A stretch of 64,000 nt of DNA from a virus (Duplodnaviria > Caudoviricetes), in IMG/VR virus record IMGVR_UViG_3300044630_000587, positions 937-64,936 of that record. One strand, 5' to 3'. The notes beneath the pieces are model-generated. The model searched no databases. It worked only from the letters and a program-made list of their open reading frames with translations, and had not been told where the DNA came from. This document shows positions 16,746-26,638 of this stretch, piece by piece. Position 1 is the stretch's first letter. Every line of letters starts with the position of its first letter. The translations under genes were made by a program, and so were the position numbers.

Positions 16746-19619
16746 ATGAACAATTTAGAATTTTTACAGCAAGTCCTCGGAGACGATGGATACTACTGCA
16801 TAGTTGGGCTAAAGAAAGACTCGGACAAGCCTGTCCAAAAGTTTTTCCAACGGCTTGAAGATGCGGTCAAAGTTGCTGAGAACTTAAAGAACGAGGGTTA
16901 TAACGCTTACTATGCGCTAGCTACGTTCAAAGACGGGAAGTCACGAAAGACGGCAAACGTACAACAACTTAGGTCGTTGTTTGTTGATCTCGACTGCGGC
17001 CCAAGCAAGCCATACAAAACACAGGCAGAAGCTCTTATAGGGCTTAAGGCTTTCTGTAAAGAAACCAAGATGCCAAGACCAACACTAGTAAATTCTGGTG
17101 GGGGTATACACGCATATTGGCCTTTGACCGAACCTGTTTCACGTGAAACATGGTTGCCTTTGGCTGAGAAGCTAAAGAAAATGTGTGACGATAATGACCT
17201 GTTTGCTGACCCAGTTGTTACTGCAGATTCGGTACGAATCCTACGAGTTCCAGGAACTTTAAACTTTAAAGATGATGTAGCTAAAGAGGTAACGTTAATC
17301 GGTAGCTCATGTAGCTCATACGAACTAGATACACTACAAGATGTTATTGGTGAACCTATATTGGTTAAACCATCCTATGTCCCACGAGGAGAAATGGATG
17401 AAGTTACCAAAGCTATTTTAGGTAACTACACGAACCGCTTTAGAACCATCATGATGAAAACTAAAGAGGGTGACGGTTGCCAGCAGTTGAAGTATATTTA
17501 TGAGAACCAAGCAACCATGTCTGAACCGATGTGGAGAGCAGGCTTATCTATTGCCAAATTTTGTATAGATGCGGACAAAGCGATTGAGAAAATATCTGAG
17601 CATCACCCCGAATATAGCCCGATGTTTGCCGATAAAAAGGTACGCAACATCAAAGGTGGTCCTTATACATGCTTGAAGTTTGAAGAATTTAACCCAGGTG
17701 GGTGCGATGGATGTCCTAATAAAGGTGTTCTAAAGTCCCCTATCGTGCTGGGTCGTGAAGTACAAGAAGCAACTGACGAAGACAATATAGTAGAAGATAG
17801 CCCAGCAGACGTAGACCAAGGGCACACACAGACATACGTTATACCGAAATACCCCGAGCCGTACTTCCGTGGCAAGAATGGTGGCATCTTTAAGCGCATC
17901 ATCAAAGAAGAAGACGAGATTGAAGTAATGATTTACCACAACGACCTGTATGTAACACGTCGTTTACTGGACTCCGATGTCGGAGAAGCCGTAGTCGTTC
18001 GATTACACCTACCAAAAGACGGTGTTAAAGAGTTCACGATTCCGCTATCTGCGGTTACATCGAAGGACGAGATACGCAAATACATGTCATCACATGGCGT
18101 AGCGGTAGTAAAGACAGACGAGATTATGTCGTACGTAACAACTTGGGTAAACCACATGCAACATAATGCCAAAGCGGACACTGCTCGTAGGCAATTCGGC
18201 TGGACTGACGATAAACACGAAGCCTTTGTATTAGGCGATAAAGAAATCCGTGCTGATCGAGTCGACCATAACCCGCCTTCTTCTGCCACCGTACAGATGT
18301 TTGAAGCCTTTAAACCAAAAGGTTCAATGGAAGTATGGAAAAAGGCTATGAATTTTTACAATCGACCTGGCATGGAGCTTCATCAGTTTGCTATCGGCTT
18401 GGGTTTTGGTTCTATATTTTCAGACTTCACTACGATTAACGGGTCTGTTCTGCACATCTTTAGCCCTGAGTCAGGTATTGGTAAAACGACATCTATGATT
18501 GCGGGGGCTAGTATATGGGGCAACCCAAACCGCCTAGTAGTAAAAGAGTCGGATACGATGGCTAGTACTATGAACCGTGCCGAGATTCAAAAGAATCTGT
18601 GCTTGTTTAGGGATGAGGTAACAAACTCAACGGCTAAGGACTTGAGCGACTTCTTATACCAATACACCTCAGGTTCACAAAGAAACCGTATGTCAGGCAG
18701 TTCTAACCTTGAGCGTACCCGTGGCGAGCCATGGAAACAAAATGCCGTAACCACAGGTAATGCCTCAATGATGGAAAAGATTGCAGTCTACAAAGCACTC
18801 CCAAAAGGCGAAGCTATGAGACTTCTTGAAGTACGTGCACGACCCGTACCTGGTTTAGAAAAAGAAGAAACAGACTTACTGAGCGAACAATTAGCTAATA
18901 ACTACGGGCATGCGTGTATACCGTACCTACAAATGATTATGTCCGATATTGTTGGGATAAAGACTTTGTACAAGGTAACTCAACAAAAACTGGATAAAGC
19001 ATGTAACTTTGCACCAGCAGACCGTTTTCATTCTGTGTTGGCAACTAACGGCATCATGGGTTTGATGATGGCTAAGAAGGCTGGCTTGGTAGATTACGAT
19101 ATTAAACCCGTAGTCCAATGGCTCAAACAAGCAGTGCTTACTTTACAAGATCAGTTTAAGTCTATGGATGTTGATGCCGAAACTACCCTAACTAACTATC
19201 TTGCTGAGAACTATAACAACGTACTACGTATTAAGAGTACAGAAGATGCACGTCATGTTGGTAAGAACGACCTAGACCACTTGATTGTTCCCGATGCGAC
19301 ACCACGAATTGCTTTGGTTGCACGGTACGAATATGACGTAAAGATGTTGTTTTTATATATGAAGCCTTTAAAAGAATGGTGTACCAAGCAACAAATCAAC
19401 TACGAGGGGTTTGTTGATTCTTTGAAACGTGGCAGAACCAAAGCCAAGATTGACAAGAAGCGTATGGGTAAGGGTACTCGCATGAGTCTGCCCTCCTCAG
19501 ATGTACTATGGGTTAACTGTGAAGGGTTCCTAGACGATGACAGAGAAGAAGAAATTGCATCCGCAGCACAACATAAAGCCGCCCTTGAAGGTGATGAGGG
19601 AAGGACAAGTCTGTCCTGA
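16746..19619 (+). CDS. primase (RepB/AEP-like) fused to DUF927 and a helicase-like ATPase
   Basis: LFVDLD, VNSGGGIHAYW, RILRVPGTLN, C..C...SPI, FGW, SGIGKTT, RDE. Confidence 0.88.
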   Translation: MNNLEFLQQVLGDDGYYCIVGLKKDSDKPVQKFFQRLEDAVKVAENLKNEGYNAYYALATFKDGKSRKTANVQQLRSLFVDLDCGPSKPYKTQAEALIGLKAFCKETKMPRPTLVNSGGGIHAYWPLTEPVSRETWLPLAEKLKKMCDDNDLFADPVVTADSVRILRVPGTLNFKDDVAKEVTLIGSSCSSYELDTLQDVIGEPILVKPSYVPRGEMDEVTKAILGNYTNRFRTIMMKTKEGDGCQQLKYIYENQATMSEPMWRAGLSIAKFCIDADKAIEKISEHHPEYSPMFADKKVRNIKGGPYTCLKFEEFNPGGCDGCPNKGVLKSPIVLGREVQEATDEDNIVEDSPADVDQGHTQTYVIPKYPEPYFRGKNGGIFKRIIKEEDEIEVMIYHNDLYVTRRLLDSDVGEAVVVRLHLPKDGVKEFTIPLSAVTSKDEIRKYMSSHGVAVVKTDEIMSYVTTWVNHMQHNAKADTARRQFGWTDDKHEAFVLGDKEIRADRVDHNPPSSATVQMFEAFKPKGSMEVWKKAMNFYNRPGMELHQFAIGLGFGSIFSDFTTINGSVLHIFSPESGIGKTTSMIAGASIWGNPNRLVVKESDTMASTMNRAEIQKNLCLFRDEVTNSTAKDLSDFLYQYTSGSQRNRMSGSSNLERTRGEPWKQNAVTTGNASMMEKIAVYKALPKGEAMRLLEVRARPVPGLEKEETDLLSEQLANNYGHACIPYLQMIMSDIVGIKTLYKVTQQKLDKACNFAPADRFHSVLATNGIMGLMMAKKAGLVDYDIKPVVQWLKQAVLTLQDQFKSMDVDAETTLTNYLAENYNNVLRIKSTEDARHVGKNDLDHLIVPDATPRIALVARYEYDVKMLFLYMKPLKEWCTKQQINYEGFVDSLKRGRTKAKIDKKRMGKGTRMSLPSSDVLWVNCEGFLDDDREEEIASAAQHKAALEGDEGRTSLS

Positions 19620-19806
19620 TGGTGTGGTTATTGACATTAACTGGGGTGCTTTTGAGGTAGGCACTTCAGTTTTTATACCTGCCGTTAACTTATCAATGTT
19701 AAAGAAACAGATGCAAACGATTGCAAAACGTAAGCAAATACAACTAAAAGGATTTGACCGAATCGAGTCTGGAAAATTAGGTATGCGTTTTTGGCGGATT
19801 CTGTAA
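19537..19806 (+). CDS. hypothetical protein at the end of the replication operon (start uncertain)
   Basis: INWGAFEVGTSVFIP...LGMRFWRI. Confidence 0.7.
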   Translation: MTEKKKLHPQHNIKPPLKVMREGQVCPDGVVIDINWGAFEVGTSVFIPAVNLSMLKKQMQTIAKRKQIQLKGFDRIESGKLGMRFWRIL

Positions 19807-19814
19807 TATACTTT

Positions 19815-19895
19815 CTAGGCAACATTCTCCTGTTGCTAGTTCTCTTAACGTGAGGAACACCCCTTGAATCCCCACCTAACCGTGGGGATTTTTTT
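19815..19895 (+). ncRNA. putative small RNA with an anti-RBS hairpin, ending in a terminator
   Basis: CTAGGCAAC-ATTCTCCT-GTTGCTAG hairpin; 19821-19834 is the exact reverse complement of AACAGGAGAATGTT at 2761 and 15073; TATACT at 19807-12. Confidence 0.6.
19867..19895 (+). terminator. rho-independent terminator at the convergence of the early and late arms
   Basis: AATCCCCAC-CTAACC-GTGGGGATT-TTTTT. Confidence 0.85.
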
Positions 19896-19896
19896 C

Positions 19897-22800
19897 CTAG
19901 TCTTCGTATTCGGCTTGGCTAGCCTTGATAGTCTCAAGACGCTTCTTGCTGTACCGCACACCGTTAACCATCTCTCTAGTAGCACGTTCTTGGGCTCTCA
20001 AAGAGTTACTTAAGATGTCTGTAATTGTGCCGCCGTTAATACCTAACTCTGGGTGTTTTTCGCCAAGATCAAGTAAATCCTCCTTAAAGCTCTCCATGCC
20101 AGCAAAGTCACCTTCACGCTTAGCAATATAGTATTTCTGTTTTAACTTACCAATTTTCTTAGTTAAGAACGTATCAATACCTTTTTCACGAGAGTTGATC
20201 TCTAACTGATTCTGGTAGTCGGCAGGTGCAAAACCAAGGAGCTGGGCAACTCCGTTGTACAAGTTAACATCCCCTGTAATTGGGTCCCCACGAAGCGTTG
20301 TAGTGCCTTCTGAAACGTATCTAAAGCTCTTTAATCCGTTGGAAATAGCTGTGGGTAGGAGTTCTTCTAAACCACGGTAGACGTTACCCTCACCTATCTT
20401 GCTATAACCACGCTGGATACGATCAGACACACCTATAACTGGACCACCAACAGCCTGTAACAACTGCTGTGTGAAAGTAGTTGCGCTACCTTTAGGAGCA
20501 TCACGAACAATCAAATCGTTTAAAGTGATACGACCAGCAATACCTAGGTTTGTCATGTACTCAAGTGGACCTTTATACAAGAAGTCGCCAAGAGCTTTTT
20601 GAGTAACTGTATCTAAGTCTTCGTCATCCTCGTCACAAAACAAGCTATAAAGCATAGACAATGCACCGAACATTGGGATACCCTGTGCACCAGCCATCAA
20701 AGCAGACATGCCTACGATACCGCCGATTTGCCTCCAAGCTGCCTTTTTAATCTCAGGAGTTTCGCCTTTGAGTGCTTCTTTAGCAGCTTTAAACAGCATG
20801 TAGTACATCGAAATACCATACCGCTTGTACATAAACAAGATCTTACCCAGTGAGCTTTGAGCAATACGTGGGGCCGAAGCTGCGGAGATACCACCGTTGG
20901 TTAACTCAGTAGTGTAGATAGCCTTGTTAGCCGCCTTAGTTTCAGCCTCTAGTTGAGACATTTTTCCAGCTTTAACGTCTTTAGCTAGCTTGTTCATCTC
21001 TAGGTTATACGCAGCTACCATAGTAACTTCACGGTTCATACGTTCACCGTGGTGCATCATCCAACCCGACATAGCATTAAACTTAGCTAGGAAGCCTGTT
21101 TTAGTATCGCCGTTGATGATTTCATAAAGCTGGGAACGATTGAACTGCCCCTGTTCGTTACCAATACGAATCAATGTAGCGTACTTCTTAGCCATTTCTG
21201 AGTCAGGTGCATAGTTAGTAAGGGAAGGCATAACCCGCATCTTGGTTCTTTTGCCATTACCACCAATAATTTCCATCTCAGTATTTGTACCGCTACCGAT
21301 AAAAACCTTAGACGCATCGCCAATAGCTCTAGCAACCTGACCTTCAGGATAGTGCGCCTTTAAATATGGGGCAACAATCATAGGGATGTTGGCGCTGTTA
21401 ACTACCATGGAAGACACGTTAAAGCCGAGAGTGTAGGTAAACGCAGCAGAAGTAAGGATACTGCCGATGTCATTTCTAGTAGGATTTAACACGTAGCCAA
21501 GGTGCTTTTTAAATTCTTCTAAATACTTAGCTTGTAAAGTGTTATCTTGGCTAGCTACTTTTGGCTCTATTACGTTACCCTGTGCATCCTTAACTTCTTT
21601 TTTACCAGCACCGAGTTCGGTAGTAAAGCGCTCCATGTCTTCAATAACACCCGACAACTTAGGGTTGTAAGCCATATTAGCTACTTGATGGGCAGTGCTA
21701 CGCATCTTGCGTTCAAACACACCAATCGTGTCTTCCATGTAACCAGCTTTGTTACCACGTTTCTGGAACGACTGGGCAAAGGCAGTCTCAGGTAAAGTTG
21801 TTAAGAACAACCGCATCATCTCATCAACAGCTGTATCAGGGACATTGTTAGTCTCCATGATATTTAAAACGCTATTAACAAATGAGCCTGACGGTGCATT
21901 ACGATAGTTGATTTCGGCAATACTTGCATATGGCTCAACCTCAGTAACACCCATAGCAGCCAAATCTTGAATACGTCTATCCCGTGCTCGTACGCTAGTA
22001 AATGCTTCGTTAGCCCGTTGCATCTGACCATTACGATCTTTGTAGTTAAAGGCTAACCACTTATCGCCTTCACGACCTAAAGCAAAATACGGATCAATCA
22101 TGCCTTGCTCAGCAAGTTTTTTCATGATGTCAGTTTTAACTTTGTTCTTAGTAACTGAATCTAGACTAGTAGCATCAATACGCTCATTGATAGCGTTCTT
22201 AATTTCTTCGTACATTTGCTTGTAGGCACCACGCATAGTGACGTACAAGTTCTGCCAAACTGTATCGAGCTTTTTATAACGGGTATTTAAATCTTTCCAA
22301 GTAGCTTCTAATGAGTTACCACTCTTGTCAAACTTATCAGCATAGGCAGACTGAGGTTTAGTCGGGTCTACTTCATTAACAGTACTATCATTAACAATGC
22401 TGTTAAACGCATCTCTTTGTTCTGGTTTAGCTGCGATAGCGTCCTTAGCCTCTTTCATAGCAGCATCTGTGCCACGAGTTAGCATATCTTGATAACCGCT
22501 ACGTTGGTTAATTAACTTATTAAACTTAGAACCTAGTCCAGGGGTATCCTGGTCTTTTAAAGGGAATACTGGATCAGCTACTTCTCCAAGAGCGTGCATT
22601 GGTAATACAGATAAGGTTGCCGATTTCGCCCAATCAGCCGAACGATCAATACCGTTGTAAAGAGCATCTTTTTGATTCTCGTTAAACACAGGCATTACAT
22701 TAACAACTTTACCTACGTTATTCCAAATAGCCTGGTTGTCCGCTACGGTTCTAACATACAACTTACCTGCATTTCTAGAGGCAGGAGATGGGGATAGCAT

Positions 22801-25800
22801 AGCTCCAATAATACGGTCTGCTTCATCAAAAGCAGAAGACAAAGGCTTAGACTCCATGCCTACTAAACGACGGAAGAAGTTAGTAAAAGCACGAGTGACT
22901 TTATCCCAAGCACTAATCTGCCCACCTTTAGGATAGATAGTCTTTAACTTACCTACAAACTCTGAGTTCGACTGAATCTCAGCGGCAAACTCATGTACGT
23001 CTTTTGCGCCATAAGCAGTATCTAAATCACCCTTAACATCATCAAAGATTTGCTGTAACTGCCTGGTCAATGGGTTGTTAGGGTCATCTAACGCTTGAGA
23101 TGTTGCTGCGTGTCCAGGCTCATGTAAAAGTACATGAGGAGTCATGCCTGTTACAGAATCAACATAGATAGTGTTGTTCTCAGGGTTAAAGTACCCAGGC
23201 ACAGGCTTACCGAAATCATCAGTTAGGTTGTCTTGTACAACAATCTTTGCGCCTAAATTTAAACCAGCCAAACGGCTAGCCATTCTTGCAATGAATGGAT
23301 TATCGCTAGAAGCTAATAAGCGCAATGCACTTTGTAAGTCACCGTTCTGCACCGCAGAAATGATAGCTGGGTGCAAAGGATAAGACATAGTTACTACTGC
23401 ATCGGCTTCTAACTTACGCTTTTTACGGCTCTTTTGGGCTTCTAGGATCTCTGCGTCTAGGTCAGCACCCATGGTTTTACCAGTAGCCTTACGGCGTTGG
23501 GCACGGTTCTTAGCAGCAGCTGCATCTTGTTCTTGGGCACGAATGTAGTCGGCTATGGTTTCATCTACGGCTTTTTCTTTAGTGCCTGTAACTCCAGCCA
23601 TGATTAACTTCATCAACTCGGCATCAGATACGCTGTCCCGTGCACGTTCAAAGCCACGCACAAATTCACGGAATCTTCTATCTGTACCTTTGCTTAAGTT
23701 CTTTTCTACCCAGTCAGCCGCAAGACGAGCGTTCTTACCACCCATACCACGGAAGAAACGAGCCTCTGCAGTACTGTCAGGGTCAATAGGGCTCATGCGA
23801 TAAGCAGGGGTATTAAATGCTACGTCAAAAGCAATGTTGACTAGGTTATCTACTATGCGTGGCATTTTGCCAAAATAGATTCTAGCTGCAGCTGCGATAG
23901 GAGTAATTGAACCTTTACCACGTAACAAATTTGTTATTGAAATGCTATCGTCAATATCGGCAATATCTTCTTTAGCAAAGCCCATGTACCCCTTACTTAC
24001 ATTAAACGGTGCACTAGCTTCTTGTACAGGGAACTCTTCGTTACCAATCTTAGCCGCCTTTTCACGAGCAGCTTGTTCTTGTTCGGTACGTTTTAATATA
24101 TCTTTAGCAGCTTCAGGAACATCTTTTGATGCCACTTCTTCGGTAGCGGCAGCTTTAGCAGCAGGCTTAGCCCGTGCCACAGGAGCCACTTTACCAGCTC
24201 CTTCCATAGTTCCAGCAGGAGCGCCTTCCTCAGTAATAACGTCTCCTTCCATTTCCGCAGCAAGTTCAGCTTGAATTGCATCTTGTTCCTCTTGGCTAAG
24301 GTTATCTTTTGTAAGCTCCGCAATTCGTCTATCCCTTCTTGACTTGCTTTCAGCATTAAAAGCATCAATTTCGTCGTCGATTTTTTGCAGTTTTTCTTTG
24401 GCTTTTCTAGTTTCCTCACCAGTTTCAGCTCTTCTAGCTACTCTTTCAGCGTCGTTACGGCGCTTCGTTAGCTTCTTTAAAGTATTAAAATCTTCTTCCG
24501 CCGTTGGTTCTAGTGCACCTGACTGAACTGTTTCTCTGTCTCTAAGCTCACTAGGAGGCACTCCAACTGCTGCCACTCCTTCAGATTCAGGTTCTCCAAC
24601 TCCTGCGGTGGGTTCCTCTCGTACTGATTCGCTAGGTACTTGAACGCTCTCTCGATCTGCTTCAGGGACAGATGGTCTAGGTTGAACTCTTCCATAATTT
24701 ACGTCTCTCCTTATTCCGCCTTGAGGACCAACAACACTAGTTTGCTTGGCTAATGCGCTAAAGGCTTGTGTAGCCAAAGACTCAATAGCTTGTTTAGTCG
24801 AATCGGCAATGTTTGGATTCTGTCTAACTTGTACAAGTATATCTCGCACGGCTGCCTGGTCAGCGGGGTTAGCCATGTCTTTGTTAAGAAGTTTTTTAAA
24901 GAAACCAGATTGCGGTCTGAGACCAGTTCCCTGTAAAGAAGCTGCATCAAGCACCGTTTTAAACTCAGCTGGCGCTTGGGGCGGACCAGCTAATGCTTGG
25001 TCTACGCTTGGCTGTAACCCTTGTGCCCGTGCTTGGGATTGTGCAAAGCCTAGTTCTCTTTCGAACAAGTCTCCTTGGTATCTTTTAACATCTTGCGGAG
25101 TAATACGTTGTGCTTCGGCTTGCTCAGGAGTTCTAGCAACACCCTGCTGGTCTACTGTAATTGGTGCGGTGTCAATAGATTGGGTTCTAGCGGAAGATAC
25201 ACCTGGGGTATATCCAAGCAAAGGTCCAAGTAAGTCCAAAAGCCCTTGTCTTTCATAAGATGTTTTAGCTAACTTACCTTCGGCATCTAAACGCTTAATC
25301 TCTTTTTCAATAGCTGCTTTTGCAACTGGAGAAGTTGTATTTAGATACTCTTGGAACAACTCTTGTACTTTCTGTTCCATAGGACTTGCAGCTAATTCTT
25401 TCTCAGCTAAAGTTCTAGATGGAATGCCAGGACCTTGGGGTACTTCTTGACCGAATAGGTCGCCAGTAGCTGTCTGCTGACGAGCAAGTTCTTCTTGGGC
25501 TTTTTGTTGTTGTTCTTGACGTTGCTTCTCAGCTTCTTGTTGCTGAATCATTTGGCGTCGTGCAGCTTCTTGGGCGGTAGCTTCTTTTATACGGCTAGCT
25601 TCAAACGCTGCGCCAGGAGTACCAAATGTACCACCACCTACTGCGCCTTTAAGACCTGCAAACAAGATGTTATCAATGTTTTTTGGCGAGAAGAACGGAT
25701 CCGTACCGCCAGCTACCTGTGCTGCAACTATGTCAATCGCTTGCTGTGTGGCTTCAGTTACTGCTTCGCCGCCAGTAGTTTTAGCAATTTCGGTAAGGAA

Positions 25801-26628
25801 GGCACGTTTAAAGTTAACTGGAACAACCGCAGACTTCTCTAGCATTGCCGCAGCAACACGGTCCTTACCTGCTGGTCCAAGTTGTTTTAAGATCTTGCTA
25901 GGTAAATAGGTATCTAATGCGCCTTTAAGCGAACCAAACGTAATCGCCAATCCAGGGGCTAGATTACCTGTTTCTTCATAAATACTGTTAAGGGTTTCAG
26001 GAACACTCTGACCCATGGACGTGCCAAACAAACCAACTGTACTACCAATACTGGCACCTTTTGCTCTAGCACTGTCCAAAACACGTTGTTCTAATTTGCT
26101 AGCTACATCTTCAGCTAACTGTCTTTTGGCTACATGCTCAGGTAGTTTTTCTTTTAATGCTGCGGTCGCACTTCTTTTGGCGATTGCTTTACCTGCAACG
26201 GTACCAGCTCCAGCGCCCAATAAAAACGAGGCAATGTCAGGTGCAACTTCACCAACGGTTTCGGCAACAAACCCACCAAAATCCCCAAGGCTTTGTATAT
26301 CTTTAGTACCTCTGTACGCCGTAGGATTGATTGCTTCTTCAGCAGCCATACGGTCTCTGTATTCGGCTAACTGTTCTCTAGCGTAATCTTTCTGACCAAA
26401 CATAGAACCAGCCAAAGCTGGTAGTAAGTCAAAAGCTGTACCTTTAATGCCTTCTATACCACGGGAAAAACCACCTTTGATTAACTCAGAAGCAGGTAAA
26501 TCTCTAGCGTCATATTTTGGTCCTGCGGCTTCTGCTTGAATAGCCCGTGCTCTAGTTAAAATTTCAGCATCAGACAATGAATCAGCAAACTCTACAGGAC
26601 CTACTCCTGGAATATTAACCCGTGCCAT
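19897..26628 (-). CDS. giant internal virion/ejection protein with a zincin-like metallopeptidase motif
   Basis: 2243 aa; last gene of the structural operon; PGYFNP...LLHEPGHA...HEFAAE; Gly/Ala-rich amphipathic N-terminus. Confidence 0.75.
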   Translation of the reverse strand: MARVNIPGVGPVEFADSLSDAEILTRARAIQAEAAGPKYDARDLPASELIKGGFSRGIEGIKGTAFDLLPALAGSMFGQKDYAREQLAEYRDRMAAEEAINPTAYRGTKDIQSLGDFGGFVAETVGEVAPDIASFLLGAGAGTVAGKAIAKRSATAALKEKLPEHVAKRQLAEDVASKLEQRVLDSARAKGASIGSTVGLFGTSMGQSVPETLNSIYEETGNLAPGLAITFGSLKGALDTYLPSKILKQLGPAGKDRVAAAMLEKSAVVPVNFKRAFLTEIAKTTGGEAVTEATQQAIDIVAAQVAGGTDPFFSPKNIDNILFAGLKGAVGGGTFGTPGAAFEASRIKEATAQEAARRQMIQQQEAEKQRQEQQQKAQEELARQQTATGDLFGQEVPQGPGIPSRTLAEKELAASPMEQKVQELFQEYLNTTSPVAKAAIEKEIKRLDAEGKLAKTSYERQGLLDLLGPLLGYTPGVSSARTQSIDTAPITVDQQGVARTPEQAEAQRITPQDVKRYQGDLFERELGFAQSQARAQGLQPSVDQALAGPPQAPAEFKTVLDAASLQGTGLRPQSGFFKKLLNKDMANPADQAAVRDILVQVRQNPNIADSTKQAIESLATQAFSALAKQTSVVGPQGGIRRDVNYGRVQPRPSVPEADRESVQVPSESVREEPTAGVGEPESEGVAAVGVPPSELRDRETVQSGALEPTAEEDFNTLKKLTKRRNDAERVARRAETGEETRKAKEKLQKIDDEIDAFNAESKSRRDRRIAELTKDNLSQEEQDAIQAELAAEMEGDVITEEGAPAGTMEGAGKVAPVARAKPAAKAAATEEVASKDVPEAAKDILKRTEQEQAAREKAAKIGNEEFPVQEASAPFNVSKGYMGFAKEDIADIDDSISITNLLRGKGSITPIAAAARIYFGKMPRIVDNLVNIAFDVAFNTPAYRMSPIDPDSTAEARFFRGMGGKNARLAADWVEKNLSKGTDRRFREFVRGFERARDSVSDAELMKLIMAGVTGTKEKAVDETIADYIRAQEQDAAAAKNRAQRRKATGKTMGADLDAEILEAQKSRKKRKLEADAVVTMSYPLHPAIISAVQNGDLQSALRLLASSDNPFIARMASRLAGLNLGAKIVVQDNLTDDFGKPVPGYFNPENNTIYVDSVTGMTPHVLLHEPGHAATSQALDDPNNPLTRQLQQIFDDVKGDLDTAYGAKDVHEFAAEIQSNSEFVGKLKTIYPKGGQISAWDKVTRAFTNFFRRLVGMESKPLSSAFDEADRIIGAMLSPSPASRNAGKLYVRTVADNQAIWNNVGKVVNVMPVFNENQKDALYNGIDRSADWAKSATLSVLPMHALGEVADPVFPLKDQDTPGLGSKFNKLINQRSGYQDMLTRGTDAAMKEAKDAIAAKPEQRDAFNSIVNDSTVNEVDPTKPQSAYADKFDKSGNSLEATWKDLNTRYKKLDTVWQNLYVTMRGAYKQMYEEIKNAINERIDATSLDSVTKNKVKTDIMKKLAEQGMIDPYFALGREGDKWLAFNYKDRNGQMQRANEAFTSVRARDRRIQDLAAMGVTEVEPYASIAEINYRNAPSGSFVNSVLNIMETNNVPDTAVDEMMRLFLTTLPETAFAQSFQKRGNKAGYMEDTIGVFERKMRSTAHQVANMAYNPKLSGVIEDMERFTTELGAGKKEVKDAQGNVIEPKVASQDNTLQAKYLEEFKKHLGYVLNPTRNDIGSILTSAAFTYTLGFNVSSMVVNSANIPMIVAPYLKAHYPEGQVARAIGDASKVFIGSGTNTEMEIIGGNGKRTKMRVMPSLTNYAPDSEMAKKYATLIRIGNEQGQFNRSQLYEIINGDTKTGFLAKFNAMSGWMMHHGERMNREVTMVAAYNLEMNKLAKDVKAGKMSQLEAETKAANKAIYTTELTNGGISAASAPRIAQSSLGKILFMYKRYGISMYYMLFKAAKEALKGETPEIKKAAWRQIGGIVGMSALMAGAQGIPMFGALSMLYSLFCDEDDEDLDTVTQKALGDFLYKGPLEYMTNLGIAGRITLNDLIVRDAPKGSATTFTQQLLQAVGGPVIGVSDRIQRGYSKIGEGNVYRGLEELLPTAISNGLKSFRYVSEGTTTLRGDPITGDVNLYNGVAQLLGFAPADYQNQLEINSREKGIDTFLTKKIGKLKQKYYIAKREGDFAGMESFKEDLLDLGEKHPELGINGGTITDILSNSLRAQERATREMVNGVRYSKKRLETIKASQAEYED

Positions 26629-26638
26629 ACCTGTCCTT

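Noticed and set aside
19685-19825. Minus-strand ORF starting in the AGGAGAATG of the 19815 hairpin
   Set aside because: The SD abuts the ATG, and the 46-codon frame is antisense to a credible gene.
19897-26628. Giant protein as a virion RNA polymerase
   Set aside because: No DxDGD or T7/N4-type polymerase motifs were recognised. A divergent enzyme cannot be excluded without a structure search.
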